A DNA stretch of 63,881 bases, filler included, from Reclinomonas americana ATCC 50394 (GCA_048213135.1; 18 parts of 18 records of this genome joined end to end with filler, not necessarily neighbours in it), one strand, 5' to 3'; counted from the whole stretch's first letter, positions 38,301 to 54,921 are shown. Numbers and translations are program-made. Notes: generated by a model not told the origin, from the sequence alone.

Positions 38301-40710
38301 TGATGTCGTCGTTCACCCCCACGCAGTGGCCAACAAGCCGAGCCTGCCTGACATTCGTCTGTTCCCGTTCCACCCGTACGACCCGACGTTCACTCCTGTG
38401 GGTGTGGTGTCGTCTTTGATTGTGGACAGCAACGAGTCTGTGTACCAGCTGGACAACCCGCTGATTTGCGCGCTTGTGGGTCTGCTGCCGTTCCAGACGC
38501 AGTCGGCGACGGAGTTTGTGGACGAGCCTGTGAAGGACGAGGACGATCCGTGCCCGACTCCCAACCAGGACGGTCTCGACCTGTCGGACGATGCACCGGA
38601 TGTGCTGCCCGACATTTTCCCGCCGCCGGCTGGTGTGTCGGGTCCGTGGACTGACTCGCCGAGCAACGGCGATGAGGCGTCGGCGATTTCGTTGTTGCCG
38701 GTGGCGATCACGTCAGAGGGCTGGATGCTGAAGCTGCAGGGCCTGGCCGAGACGCAGCCTGTGTGCTTGTCGGCGCGCAACTCTGCGTTTGGCGACGACA
38801 CGAAGACGTACTTCTTTGTGCTGCTGCTCGAGAGTTGCGTCAGCGTTTTGATGTGGTAATCTCACGCCAGCGACAGTGACTGACCTTTCGTGTCTCTCCC
38901 CCTCCCTCCCTCTCGCTCTCTCTCTCTCTCACACACACACCCCACAGTGAACGACCCGCCGTCTAACCTGACGCTCAACCGCGCGGCTGCTGCCAAGCCG
39001 TTGAACCTGGACGGATCGTCGAACATCACAATCGGCACTCTGGCTGTGCAGGACTCGAACCTGTACGACACTCACACGTTCACGCTCAACAACTCGGCTG
39101 ACGGAAGCGACGACAACGGCCTGTTCTCGATTGATGGATCGTACCTGAAGATCACCACTGCCACTGCGACTGCCGGCAAGGAGCTGCGCGTTGCAGTGAA
39201 GGCCACTGACAAGCATCGGTTCTTCAAGCCGATCATTCCGCGCAACTTCACGACCACCGGAACTGTGCCGACTGACGACGACATTTTGGCGCTGCTGCTG
39301 GCCAACCCAGGATCGTCTGCGGCCTCTGGATTCTTTGGCGGCCTCGAGACGTCGTATGCGTTCATCATCGACACCAACTCGGCACCCACCGACATTTACT
39401 GCGACCGCGGCTCTCTTTGTTGCGTTGGCAAACTCAGTTTTCTATCTGTCCTCTTCATCGTTCTTCGTTGTCGCTTACCATGATGCTTCTGTTCAACGCA
39501 GCGTATGACCCGCCGTCGGTGGCCGGTGACATTATCTGCCAGCTGGCGGCATCGGATCCGGACTCAAACGAGTCGTTGTCGTTCTCGGCGCCGTGGGATG
39601 CTGATCTGGAGGTGACATCGGGCGGCCTGCTGAAGTTCAAGACTGCGCGGTCGGGCTGCTTGACGCTGAGCGTGACGGTGGCTGACCACAATGGTCTGAC
39701 ATACACGGCGTTGTTGGCGATTGGCGAGAGTTGCGTCTCACACTGGAGGAGAGCGGAGAGAGAGAGAGGGATAGAAGAGTGCTGATGTTGGATGGGGTGA
39801 GTGGACGGGGTGCTGACATTGCGAGGAAATACCCACAGACCAGCTGCCGCCGACTGACATTTCGCTGACGTCGTACGAGTACACTGCACCGACGATCCGT
39901 GCCGACGATGTGTTTGCGACGCTGTCGGCGACTGACAAGAACACCGTCGACGGCAGCTGCAACCCGTCGCCGGCGAGCAGCACGTTCCTGTATGAGGTGA
40001 TTTCTGGTCAGAGCGATGCCATTAACATTGCTGGCGACAAGATCCGCATCTCCAAGTACAACGAGGTGCGGCCGAAGCTGAGCGTTCTTGTGCGTGTGAC
40101 GGACAATGCTGGCGAGACGTTCCAGAAGATCATCGATGTGTCTGCCAGTTGCGTTTTCTTCAAGGGAATAGATAGGGGAATACTTGTTGTGTGCAATGCC
40201 TTGTTTGTGTGGTAGTTGCTTGCAGGCGTGTGGAATGAGAGAGCTTGAGTGTGCGCTAGAGGCAGTTCAGGTGTCTTCTCCCCCCTCTTTATCCCCACTG
40301 CTCACATTTTCCTCTCCCTCTTCCTCTCTCTTTTCCTGTCGCTTTGCAGAGCAACCGATCCCGACTCCGGCGGTGGTGTCGTGCGACGAGGGATGCAACG
40401 GTGGCGGCTGCATCACGTCGATCAACGCATGCTCGTGCCCGGCTGGCATCTTCAAGTCACCGTTCTCGATCGATCAGTATGCGACGCTGTTGGACACGCA
40501 GAGCGGCGGCTGCACCGGCACTCGTCAGCTGGTANNNNNNNNNNNNNNNNNNNNNNNNNNNNNNNNNNNNNNNNNNNNTTAATTAATTAANNNNNNNNNN
40601 NNNNNNNNNNNNNNNNNNNNNNNNNNNNNNNNNNATTCTGCGACACGCAGTACAACCCGTACACGTACGGCTATGGCTACGGGTCGAACACGTGCCAGCC
40701 GATTGTGTAA
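35332..40710 (+). CDS. Secreted protein: signal peptide, two malectin-like domains, about 5 cadherin domains, C-terminal EGF-like region (one gap)
   Basis: MSSMQGVVAALLIIVVTLAVSISA; YQLNGLPAGDYQVKFYIAE and YKFNVPAGRYRVRFFFAD; VGTFSATDAENDTLTWSL, LGTVSATDPENDQITYSL, VRATDKYG, VRVTDNAG; 14 introns traced. Confidence 0.8.
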
Positions 40711-41492
40711 GCAGACAGCTGCTTCCGTGCTCTCAGTAACCGCGAGAGCAACCTGTTGGTACGGATTCCTCTGTTCATGTCGCTCTCAACGTGTGTTGCT
40801 CACTGGATGTTTTATGTAGGGGATCACTTGCTGCTCCCGGATGCGTGTGACCTCTCTTTCTCAGCGTCGTCGTCTCTGCCTCTCCGTGAGCAATGCACTT
40901 TTCTCCCATGTTGTCATTCGTAATGTCATCGGTGAGGAAGTAGCACTTACGCACATTCTTGTGGCCGCCATCATCTCCGGAACTGCAGCATTTTGTGTTG
41001 TTCTTACTGGTTGTAGCACAGCGGAAGCCGGATGACGCAGTGATGGTACTCACTGAAGAACGTGATCATGATGCAGCTGTGTTGCCTGTTCCCAAGATCG
41101 GATGTGCCGTGTACGATTGCAGAAAATGCTATGCGTCTTCATGCAAGTGCGTCAAATCCAGTGTTCAGCCACGCTTATGCGGTGTGAAGATCGCAGTTCT
41201 CAACTTGTTCGATGCTCCGAGAGCGACGCACACAAGAAAGCTTACCGCGCGCTGCCCTCAAGACTGGTGTTTTTGTTGATGTTTTGCATGCGCAGCGGTT
41301 GAACTTGATCAGCAAGACAGCTGCACTGAACGTGTTGCTTGTTTGTACATGTGGCGCTGCGATTGGCCCCAGATATCGATATTCGCGCTGCGTACAAAAG
41401 CCTGCAAAGCCAAGTCAGAGGGTGCAGAACTCTCGCTTTGACAGGTTACGGTAAGGAGAGCACCGAACCAACAACTCAAATTGGTTCAGTCC

Positions 41493-44283
<2,791 letters not shown>

Positions 44284-44891
44284 TTGTGTGTGAGTGAGTG
44301 AGAGTGAGCAACTGCTGGTCTTTTATGTTTGTGTCGCGTAATTGTTATAGAGTGCGGGGAATATAGTGTAAAGACTCAAAGTGGAAAAGGGGAGGAGGCA
44401 CACAGTCCGCAGGGTTGTCGCTGGGTGAAGGGTGCGAATGCGAAACTGAGGGTCTGTGAAACCGCGGCTGGTGACAAGCGTGCATGGATTTGACGCCCAA
44501 TTCCAAAAAGCAACAGGGAACGACCGCGGGTGATGTTGATACTAGGAGACTTTTGGATTCCGGCAAATGCCAGATTCGACAATGAAGCCGCGCGCATCTA
44601 GCTCGGTGAATTGTGTGACCACAGCGATACCGACCAATTCGAATTCGATTGCTGACTGTGCATTCTGCAGTTCGCCTTTGAATCCTAACTCTAAAGGCCA
44701 GCACATGAGTGAATTGTCAGTCCACAATTGTTGCTGCCTGCGACGCTCGTCGACGTCGATCGCGTGCGATTTCGATCGCGAAATTCTGAAAAATCGATTG
44801 CGATTTTCAGCAGCTTGTCTTCTCATATCCCGCGCCATGCCAATCTACGAGCAACGTACGCTGCTCACCGCGGCGTCGATGTACGAATCCA

Positions 44892-45033
44892 TCACTCAAG
44901 ATGGTGATCATCATGCAGCTGCGTTGCTGTTTGGATTTAGTAAAGTTGTTGTTGTTGTTGTTAAGGGTTGAACTTGGTCATCAAGACAGCTGTTGCTTGT
45001 TTGTTGGTGAATGAATTGTTGTTGTTGTTGTTG
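44892..45033. repeat. Dispersed intergenic repeat family, copy 2
   Basis: Near-identical to units in 1-242, in different order. Confidence 0.85.
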
Positions 45034-45909
45034 CCCGCCCACTTCCGCCGTTTCCACGATTGATTTCTTCAGAAGCCCAATCGACGAACATGGTGTACCG
45101 TTACGACCTTTGGCGCGAAAATATATCTCAAACTCCAACAAACAAACAAACAAGTGTGACACACGCACGCACACACACACGCACACGCACCTCTCTCTCT
45201 CTCTTACTCCACAACCCGCGCGCGTGTGCCTGTTGTCTTGTGCGAGTGAGTGCGTGGCCTCTGACAGCACACCGAGTGTGAGTCAATCGATGCATGTTCA
45301 CAGTGTCACAGTGAGCGCTCACTCTCACTGTCTCTCTCACGCACACACACACACACACAGATCGCCTTTGTNNNNNNNNNNNNNNNNNNNNNNNNNNNNN
45401 NNNNNNNNNNNNNNNTTAATTAATTAANNNNNNNNNNNNNNNNNNNNNNNNNNNNNNNNNNNNNNNNNNNNTTCCTTCTTGAGCCACTCTCTCCATCTCT
45501 CCCCCCGTTCTCTGCTCCCCTTTCACTTCCCCCCTTGAGTGTTATATCTTTGTACGCTCTCCCTTGGTCTGTTTCTCTTTGCGCTTTCTCTCGTCATTGC
45601 GCTGTCTCACACGATTCTCTCTCTCACACTCTCACACTCTTTCCTCCATCTCTTCCTCTCCCACCGCACCTGCACGTTGCCTCGCAGTGCGCTCTCTCGC
45701 ACGCTCCACTCTCTGTCTCACTCTTTCCTTCTCACTCCACCTGCGAGCAGTCTCGAAGCGATAATCATACGCTGCTTTCTTTTTCTCTTCTCTCTCTCTC
45801 CCCCTCCCCCTTCTCCCTCCCCTTCTCCCTCCCCTTCCTCCCCCTCTCCTTCCCCCATCTCCCTCTCCCCCCTTCTCCCTCACTCCCTCTTCTCCCTCCT
45901 CCCGCGCAG

Positions 45910-48900
45910 ATGAGAACGCGCCGCGCCGTTGCGCAGACAAGCGCCACTTTTTCCGTGCTGCTCTTTTGCGGCGTGCTGACTGCGCTCCTGTGCGCGTCAC
46001 GCCTGGCCGCCGCCGTGCCGTGCACTGTCAGTGCCGACACTGATGCACGCATTGTCGCCTCCAATGGTGTTGCCGCCGGCAGTGTGGGAACCACCGGTGT
46101 GGCCGACGGATCGTGGGATTCGTTGCGCGCATCTCCACCCATCAGCGTCAATCATATCGACAAGGACACTCAAATCTCTTCCTCGTTGTTGTCGTTGTCG
46201 TTGTCGTCGTCGTGCAGGGCACGGCTAACTCGACCATTCTGGCTGGAGCTCGTCCAGCAGGGAACACGCATGAACTTTTGGGATAGAGCCGGGGGCGCTG
46301 ACGGAGTCCGCGCTCTCCGTGCACTGGCCAACAATGTGGTTCTGACGACCACCACCATGACTCTCTCGCCCGTCACCGCCTCCATGAGCTCGTCGGTCAC
46401 GTTTGCGGTCACTGGCGGCATCCTCGCCGGCTCCTCGGCTTGCGTTATTTATCACGTGGCGTCGGGCACAGCAGGTGCGGCGAACGAGGAAAGGGTAGGG
46501 TTTCTTTGGGGGGGGACCTGCATCTAAACTAACCGTTTGTGTTTTGTGTGCATTCGTGTGGTGACGCAGCCGTGACAACGTGGGGCGGTACCGTGAACCA
46601 GTGTGGCTTGGTGAATGGCGCGCGCGCCTCGGCGCAGTTTGGTCAGATCCTCAGCTTGGCCACCAGCGACAACATTACGATCTTTGTGTTGGAGCGTCAG
46701 GGTACTCAGCTGGTGGTGCGCCGTGTGGGCTCGGATGGCAATGTGACGACATTGGCCAGCACCGGCATCACGGCCACGGGCAAGTACATGAAGCTGGCCT
46801 TGTTGCGTGGTGATGATGCTTGCGTTTGACAGTGGATGATGCGCCGAATGACGCCGTTGTTTGTTTTTTCCCCCCGCAGGTTGGGCAACGATTTCATCAT
46901 TGCCGGCGGCGACAGCAATGTGGTGTACCGACTCACTGCTGGCGCCGGCGGCGTCTACACGACTTCGACGCTGGCGGGCACGGGTACTGCCGGAGGCGAC
47001 GATGGTCCACTGGCGTCGGCCACCTTCAATGGTCCGGCGAGCGTGGAAGTGATTGAGAATGGCGCGTTTGTCGTCGTCAGCGAGACGGTGCGTCATGCGG
47101 GGCAACGGATTGGGGAAGGGGTGTCTCGCTTCTATTCTGTGGTCTTTGGGCATGTTCTCATTCCCCTTTCCCTTCTGCCCTCCGCAGACCGGCAACCGCC
47201 TTCGCCTCATCAACCTCGCCGCCTCGACGGTTTGCACCCTCAGCGATGGTATCACTCTGAATGCTCCCATTGGCACCGCCTACTACAACAAGCTGTTGTA
47301 CGTGGCCGACTCTGGCAACAAGTTACCTTGCGCTTGTCGAGCACTTTTCACCTGCGCATGTACCCACTATTGGTCTCACTCTCGCACCCGTGCAGCGTCA
47401 TTCGCACTCTTGCCTTCTCGTTCACGTACCTTTCGCCGACGTTGCTGGGAGCCGGCAGTGTGGCTACCCCAGTCACCGTGGCCAGCCCGGCCGGTGATCT
47501 GCCCAACACGATTGCTGACACTTCGGCCTGGTTCCTCGCTACGACGACCGATGGCTGCGGCGGTGGCAACTCACGTGCTGTGGCCGGCTCATCCATTGCT
47601 CTCTCCAAGTACACTAGCGGATCGGCGCTGACCATTGCTGTCTCGCTGTCGTCGGCGACGGCCTCGGTGGCCCCTGGAACGGTGAGACCATTGTGGGGGA
47701 ATGCAGATTCTCTTCACGTGTTGAGATTGTTGTGCTCACTNNNNNNNNNNNNNNNNNNNNNNNNNNNNNNNNNNNNNNNNNNNNTTAATTAATTAANNNN
47801 NNNNNNNNNNNNNNNNNNNNNNNNNNNNNNNNNNNNNNNNATTTTGCGCGCAGTATGTGGTGTGCATGCGCAGCTCGACCAACTCGTCGTACAGCCTCAT
47901 TGGCAACATCACTGGTGAGCTTTCAATCTCCTCTTCTCTATGCCACGCACACATGGATACCTTGAGCCTTTTCCTCAAAGACTCTCTCCCTCGCTCTCTC
48001 TCCCTCCGTCCCTTATCTCTTCCCTTGCTCCCTTCCCCCCACCCTTATCCACCTTTTCACTCCGTTTCGTGCTCCAGTGCAAAACCGCCCGCCCACCTCG
48101 ATTGTCTTGTCGGGCCTCACCTACATGGCGCCGTCGACGATCAACCAAGTCGTGGCCACCATGACGGCCGTCGACCCGGACCCGATCGACACCAACAAGC
48201 ACACCTTCACTATTCTGGATCAGAGCCCGATTGCCAACTTTTTCGGCATTGCCAATCGCAACCAGCTGATTATCAACTTGGCCGGCCACTCGGCCTCGCC
48301 ACTGTCGGTGAGCATCCAGGCTGCGGATTTGTCGGGTGCCACTGTCTCGGCAACCTTCCGCATCACCATTCCGCTCGGCGCTGCGATCACCGGCCTGACC
48401 TCCTCGTCAGCCACCCCCACCACCCTCGTTCTGTCGGTGCAGGCCGACAGCTCGCCGCAGCCCGACGCCACCAATCCGCGCTTCGAGTTTAGCTCTGCCG
48501 ACGGCGCTTTCGCCAATGGCGCTCTGCTCTCCACCGGCGCCAATGCGTGCGCTTGGGCATCATCTGCCATTACGCAGTGCACTGGTGAGCGACTGCCTGG
48601 CGCACGGAGTGTTGTTCTCTCTCTCTCTCTCTCACTATTCCCTTCCCCCTTCTCACACAGTGACGGGCCTCACCGCCGACACCCCCTACTCCATCATTGC
48701 TCGCCTGGCTAGTGACCAGCGCGTCGGCACGGCCTCGGCTCCTGTCGCTGTGCGCACGCTCACCAGCACCTCTGCTACCATTGTGTCGGCGGTGGCCAAC
48801 CCGGCCTCGAGCACCTCCCTCATTGTCACCCTGAGCGCGTCGGCGGCTCCGCCCACTGGCTCCGCAAACGGTCGCTTTGACGTGTTCCTCTCCGCCACGG

Positions 48901-51900
48901 CCACCAGCGCGCTGGCTACCGTCTCTGGTACACCGTGCGCCTGGGCCGACACCACCGCCACCGTGTGCACCTGTTGCGTGCATCTCAATTTCCTTTACTC
49001 TCTCTATTCGATCTCACACCGTGTCTTCTTCCTCCAGTTACGGGTGTGACGGGCAGTACTTCGGGTTACGCGCTGCTGGCCCGTGTGGCGACCAGCACGT
49101 CCACGGGCGCCTTGTCAACCCCGCTGTCGCCACCCGCGTACACACTGCTCAGCACCACGGTGACGGTGGCGTTTGACACCTCAGCCGCGGGAGCCACGGC
49201 CACCACGTTGGTGGTGGTGGTCACGCCGAGTACGGCACCGCCGGCTTGGCTGACGCTGCCGACGTTCCAGTTTGCGGTGAGCCCGACCGGCTCGGCTGCC
49301 GCTTCGTTTGCCTTGACAGTGGCTACTGGCTGCACGTGGGCAACCGCCGCACCGGTGTCTTGCACACTGACACAGCTGACGCCGGCCACGAGCTACACCA
49401 TTGTGGCGCGTGTTGCCAGCCAGGAGTCGTTTGGTGCCACCTCGGCACCCACGGCTGCCGCCAAGTCAACTCTGTACGGCACCACTGTGAGCATCACGGC
49501 CGTCACAGCACCGACAGTGGCACAACTGCGTGTGACCATGGCGCCCTCAGCTGCTGCACCGGCCACGGCGACCAATGCCCGTGTTGAGTTGTGGACGATT
49601 CCGTCGGCCACGCCTACGGCCACCGCCACGCAAGCCACGTTGTTGGCCACCACATCGTGTGTGTGGGCCGCCACCGCGGCGCTGCCGGTCACCTGCACCT
49701 TCTCAGGCTTTGCTGCCGACACGGGCTACTTGCTGTTGGCTCGTGTGGTCAGCGACACGCTGACTAGCGCGCTCTCAACGCCCAGCACGACGGCCGTGTT
49801 CACGGCTCTGTCGACCACGGTTGCCATTTCAGTGCCGGCCGACGCTGCACTCACCTCGTCCTCCATCGAGGTGGCTCTGCAGGCCAGCAGCGCACCGCCC
49901 GCTGGTCTCTCGAGCCCCGTCTTCCAAGTGGTGCGCTCCACTGACGGGTTTGCGCTGGCGGCGAGCCTCTTGTCGCTGGTCGACAGCACCGATGGATCTC
50001 CGTGCACGTGGACTGGCCCGACTGCGCGTCGCTGCCGCATCAGTGGCCTCAGTGCTTTCACTCCGTACCAATTCTTGGCGCGAGTCTCGGGCACAGAGGC
50101 TGTCGGACAGGCGTCTACGGCCAGTGCTGCCAGTTGAGTTTTTTTTTTTTTTAACTCCCCCCCGCGTCATCCTCTCCGTTCCCTGTTGCGTGTTCTTTGT
50201 GTGTATTGACTCTCGTGTCGTGCTTCTCGCAGCCGCGACTCTGCTGGACATTACGGTCACCGGTTCCGTGATCAACATTGACAGCACCACGGTGACGGTG
50301 TCGTTGGCGCCGAGCCAGTCGTCGGCCACGGCTTTTGGTACCACCCCGATCCTGCAGCTGTTGCCGAGTGACTCGACGACACCGCTCGCACCGACCACAC
50401 CGACTTCGTGCGTGTGGAGCTCCACGACAACGCTGCCGGTGACATGCACGTTTGCGCGCGGTTCCAGCACCTCGTTGTCCTTCCGTGCTCGCGTGTCGAC
50501 GGCCACCGCACGTGGTAACCTGAGCGCGGCCTTTAGCGCCACGTTCTCGGCCACAGTGAGCACCACCAAGCTGCGTGTCGGTACCGGAGTTGTCAATGCC
50601 GTTACGCTCACCGGCAGCAACTTTGCTGATGCCGACGACTTCCGCCTGATTGACAACGCCTCCACCTGCACTGGTTCCACTCTCACCAACGACGCCCGTG
50701 TCAAGACTCTGACGTCGACCACGGCTGGCACCACACAGCATGTGGTGTCGGTGGAGTTGACCGATGTAGGCACTTTCAAGGTCTGTATGTTCTGCAAGGT
50801 TCTTGTTAATATGCTGCTCCTCAATGTGTGCGTGCCGTGATGGCGAAAACAGCTGTGCATGAAGTACGCGCTTCTGTCGACCTTCTCGTCGGCAGTTCAG
50901 TCGTCCTTTATTGCTGCTCGTCGTTGCGTCTGGGGTTGATGGCAGCATGGGGTGTCTCTCAATCTCTCTCTCCCTCTCCTCCCCTTTCCCCTCCCCTCTC
51001 CTCTCCATTTCCCTCACCGCACCTCTCCTCCCCGCTAGCATCGGTCTTGGGCTCGACGATTGCATCGTTCCGTGCCAGCCAGAATGCGCCCGCCCAGCAG
51101 AACCCCGTGGTCATCATGGGCGACGGTTTCGACCAGGCTGACGACGTCCGAGTGTCGCCGTATCCGGGCGACTGCTCGACCCCGGCTCCACCGGGTATTG
51201 GCGTTGGCGATGTTCGCACCTACAATGCGACCAACTGGAGTGTGAGCGTGTGGGCGACGATGGGTGGCTCCTGGCAGCTGTGCTTGCGCTTTGCTGGCAT
51301 GACCGCGTACACTGTGGTGCCGAACTCGATGTTCGTCTCGCAAGGTGAGCCATGTCTACGTTCTCCTCTCTCTCCCTGTCACCGCGTGCTGCTCAACAAC
51401 ACTTTTTCCGGTTTTTGCAGGCACGGTGACCAGCTTGACGTATTCCCAGTTGCAGGCATCGACGCCGGCCAAGGCCAACATTCTCGGCTTCGCGCTGTCC
51501 TCGAGCGACATGTTCTACCTCGTGCCGGCCTCCTTTGCGTCCTGCCGCTCCGACTACACCAGTGCCAGTGTGACTGTGTCGACCAGCGACAGCGCACCGG
51601 GCAATCTCAGTGTGACCATCAGCAGCGAGGTGGCTGGCGATTTCAAGCTGTGCGTGTCGTTCTCTGGCATGTCACCGCTTGCGCTGACGCCGGGTGTGGC
51701 GACGGTGCGCCCGACCATGACGGCTGTGGTGCCGCCGGGTGTGTTTGCTGGCATTCCGCGCACCATTACCGTGCAAGGCACTGGCCTTGCACCCACGTTC
51801 CAGTTCAAGTTCATTCCGCTTGACGCCACCAACTGTGGTGCGACGGACACGAGTGATGCGGTGCTGCAGGCCACTGGCGTGACTGCGGTTACTGGCGATC

Positions 51901-54763
51901 AGGCTGGCAAGCAGCTCACCATGACGGTGCAGTCGGCTACGGAGCATTTTGTTCGCGTGTGCGGCCGCATGAGCAGCACGGATACGTGGTCGTTTGTGGG
52001 CTCGTTGCAGTTCAAGAGTGCGTCCTCCCTGATCGATTTGTGCCGCTTGTTGTGTATTGTTGTTCTCTCACCTCCAATCTCTTCGCGCTTTGCGCGCAGC
52101 CTTCTCCGTATCCGCGACGCCCCTCGGCATGCGCGCGGGCGACGCCTTCACCAACTCCATCACCGTCAACGGTGCTCTGTTTGCGGCCACTGACCAGCTG
52201 CGCGTCATTGATGCGGCCAACAGCTGCGATTCGGTCTCGGTCACCAATTCGTCGGGCATCAAGTCCGTGGTGCGCCAGTCGAGCACGGCCGATTACCACA
52301 TTATCAATGTGGTCGCCAGCCTGCCCGGCAACTACACGGTGAGTAGAGGAGAGAGGGACATGGAGGGGAAAAGCGCAGGGTGGAGTGACACTCACTCACA
52401 AGGCAGGAAGCTGTCGTTCTTTCTCATCTCGCCTATCACTCCCTTCCTTTCTCGCTCGCTCACTGTGCACTCTATCTGCAGGCCTGCATCCTGTTCAACG
52501 GCTCGTCCAAATTCGACACCGTGAAGGGCACGATCGTGGCGTCGACTCCGGCCACCACTGGTGCCGCCATGCCGATTGTGGCCACCTCGAACACGTCGTC
52601 GCCGCCCACCATGCCCATTACTGTGTACGGTGTGGCACTCGACAGCACCGATGTCATCAAGGCGACTCCATACGGCGACTGCGCTGGCACGGTGCCGAGT
52701 GGCCTGAAGCTTTTCCCGCCCGTCTCGTCGTACTCGCAGCACGTCCTCAGCGTGTCGTCGACGGTCGGCGGTCGCTTCCAGTTGTGCATCTCTTTTGCCG
52801 GCGGCAATTTTGCGCCGGTGGTGGGAGGCGATTTCGTCGCCAAGGGTCGCATCCAGGTGAGCGATGGAAAAGGAGAAGGGTGGGGGCGTATTCAGTGCTT
52901 CTTTGTTATTTTTTGAATAGTTGCATCTCTTTCTCCCTCCCTGTCTCGTTCCCCTTATCATCCTCTGTCCTCACCGCTTCTCCTCGTTGCAGAACGTGAC
53001 CCCAGTGACTGCGACCGCCGGCCAGGTGGTGCAGTTGGATGCCGTCGGTTATGCGCTGGCTCCCGCGCAGGACCAAGTCTTCTTGGTGCTCGCCGCCAAC
53101 GGATGCAGCACCAGTGTGCCCAGCACTCCGCTGACACCGCTGTCCTCGAGCACCGATACCAAGATGAGCTTCTCGGCGCAAGTGGCTGTGGCTGGCAAGT
53201 ACGCCATTTGCGTCAAGTATTCGGGTGTGTTGGCAGCCGAGGAGGTCGGCGCCGGCCTGCAAGTGTCGGGTTCGTTTGTGTCGGATCAAGTGCCCCAAAG
53301 AGTGCCATTCAACTCACCTTTCCTTGCTCCCCAGCTCTGTTCGGTGACATTTCGCCAAACGCCATGCTGGCCAACGTGTCCACGTCGCTGACCATTAGCG
53401 GCACGGGCCTGTCGAACGACGTGGTGGTCAAGTTTATTGCCGCCACTGCCGACGGGTGTGCCACTGGCGACAGCGACACTCTGGTGCCGCTGCTCAGCAA
53501 GTCCACATCGGCCGATGGCACCAGGATGGTTGTCTCGATCCTGCTGTCGTACAAGGTCTCCACTCGCGTGTGCATTCGTGCGGCGTACGAGACCAACTTC
53601 ACGCCGCTGCCGAGCACTATCAATGTGGTGCCGTTGACCACGGGGTTCACCCCGAATTTGTTGCGCTCAGCAGCGGACGCCATCAATATTCTGACTGTGG
53701 CCGGCAACCTGTTCAGCACCGCCGATGAATTCCGTCTGATTGACGGCACATCAACGTGCGAGGCTGCTGGTGCCGGACCGCTGCAGAACAATGCGGGCGT
53801 GCAGACACTGACTAGCGGCGCCACGACGGCCACGCAGCACTTGTTGACCGTGTCCATTTCCGTGGCTGGCAGCTACAGAGTTTCGTTGTCTGTTTATCTC
53901 TCGTGTCATGCGGGTCTGCTATTTCCCCCTGACATTGCCTGTTTTGCGCAGCTGTGCATCATGTCGTCGATCGTCGGCCAGTGGCAGCAGGTGGCGCCCA
54001 ATGGCTCTCTGATTGCGCGCACTCCGTCGACCACCACCGTCAACATTTCGTGGATCCCGGCCTCGCCTGGCAATCCTGGCATCACCACCGACGTGACCAT
54101 TACCGGCGATGCTCTGTCACCGCTCGACCAAGTCAAGATTGTGACGTTTGACAACCCATGCTCGGCCTCGTCGCCGACTGGCGTTGCTATCGGGGTTTGT
54201 GATAGGATGATGACAGAGTGGCTTGATGCGAGCAGTTTGACTGACCGTGTGTTTTTTTGGCGCAGCCGTTCACCTCGTCGACATTTACCTCGCAAGAGTT
54301 CAAGATCTCGTCCACGATCGGCGGTCGCTTCCAGATGTGCATCCAGTTTGCTGGCTCCTCTGCCTTTGTGCCGGTCACCAGCGGCTCATTTGTCGTCAAG
54401 GGTTATGTCGATCCTTTTTCTGCCTGTATTTTTTAGATAGAGTTGCTGACACTTTGTTTGCTGTTATAGGCGCCATCACTGGCACCATGCCGGCCGCCGT
54501 CAACGCCCGCCAATCGACGGCGCTGACTCTGGTTGGTTACGGCCTCTCGGCTGCCGATCAGGTGTACATTGTCACCACTGGCGCTCCGTGCACCACGGCG
54601 ATGCCGTCCGAGGTGCAAATGACGAATCCGACGAGCGGATCCGTCACTGCAACCACGTACCCGCTGCAAGTGGTGATCAGCAAGGCCGGTAACTACGACA
54701 TTTGTGTGAAGTACTCGGGCGTGCTGGACATTGAGCGGTCGACTGCCAAGTTCTCGTCACTCG
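45910..54763 (+). CDS. Giant Thr/Ser/Ala-rich surface protein: signal peptide, NHL repeats, cadherin domain, FN3-like repeats, repeated IPT/Ig-like modules; 3' partial (one gap)
   Basis: LAGTGTAGGDDGPLASATFNGP, LYVADSGN (NHL); NRPPTSIVLS..AVDPD (cadherin); TGLTADTPYSI, TQLTPATSYTI, SGLSAFTPYQF (FN3); repeated modules ending GxY/FxLCV/I. Confidence 0.8.
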
Positions 54764-54921
54764 GTGCGTGAGCGGGGGAACAAGAATCGGATCTCCTGGT
54801 GTTTCGCGACTCATTCTCTGTNNNNNNNNNNNNNNNNNNNNNNNNNNNNNNNNNNNNNNNNNNNNTTAATTAATTAANNNNNNNNNNNNNNNNNNNNNNN
54901 NNNNNNNNNNNNNNNNNNNNN

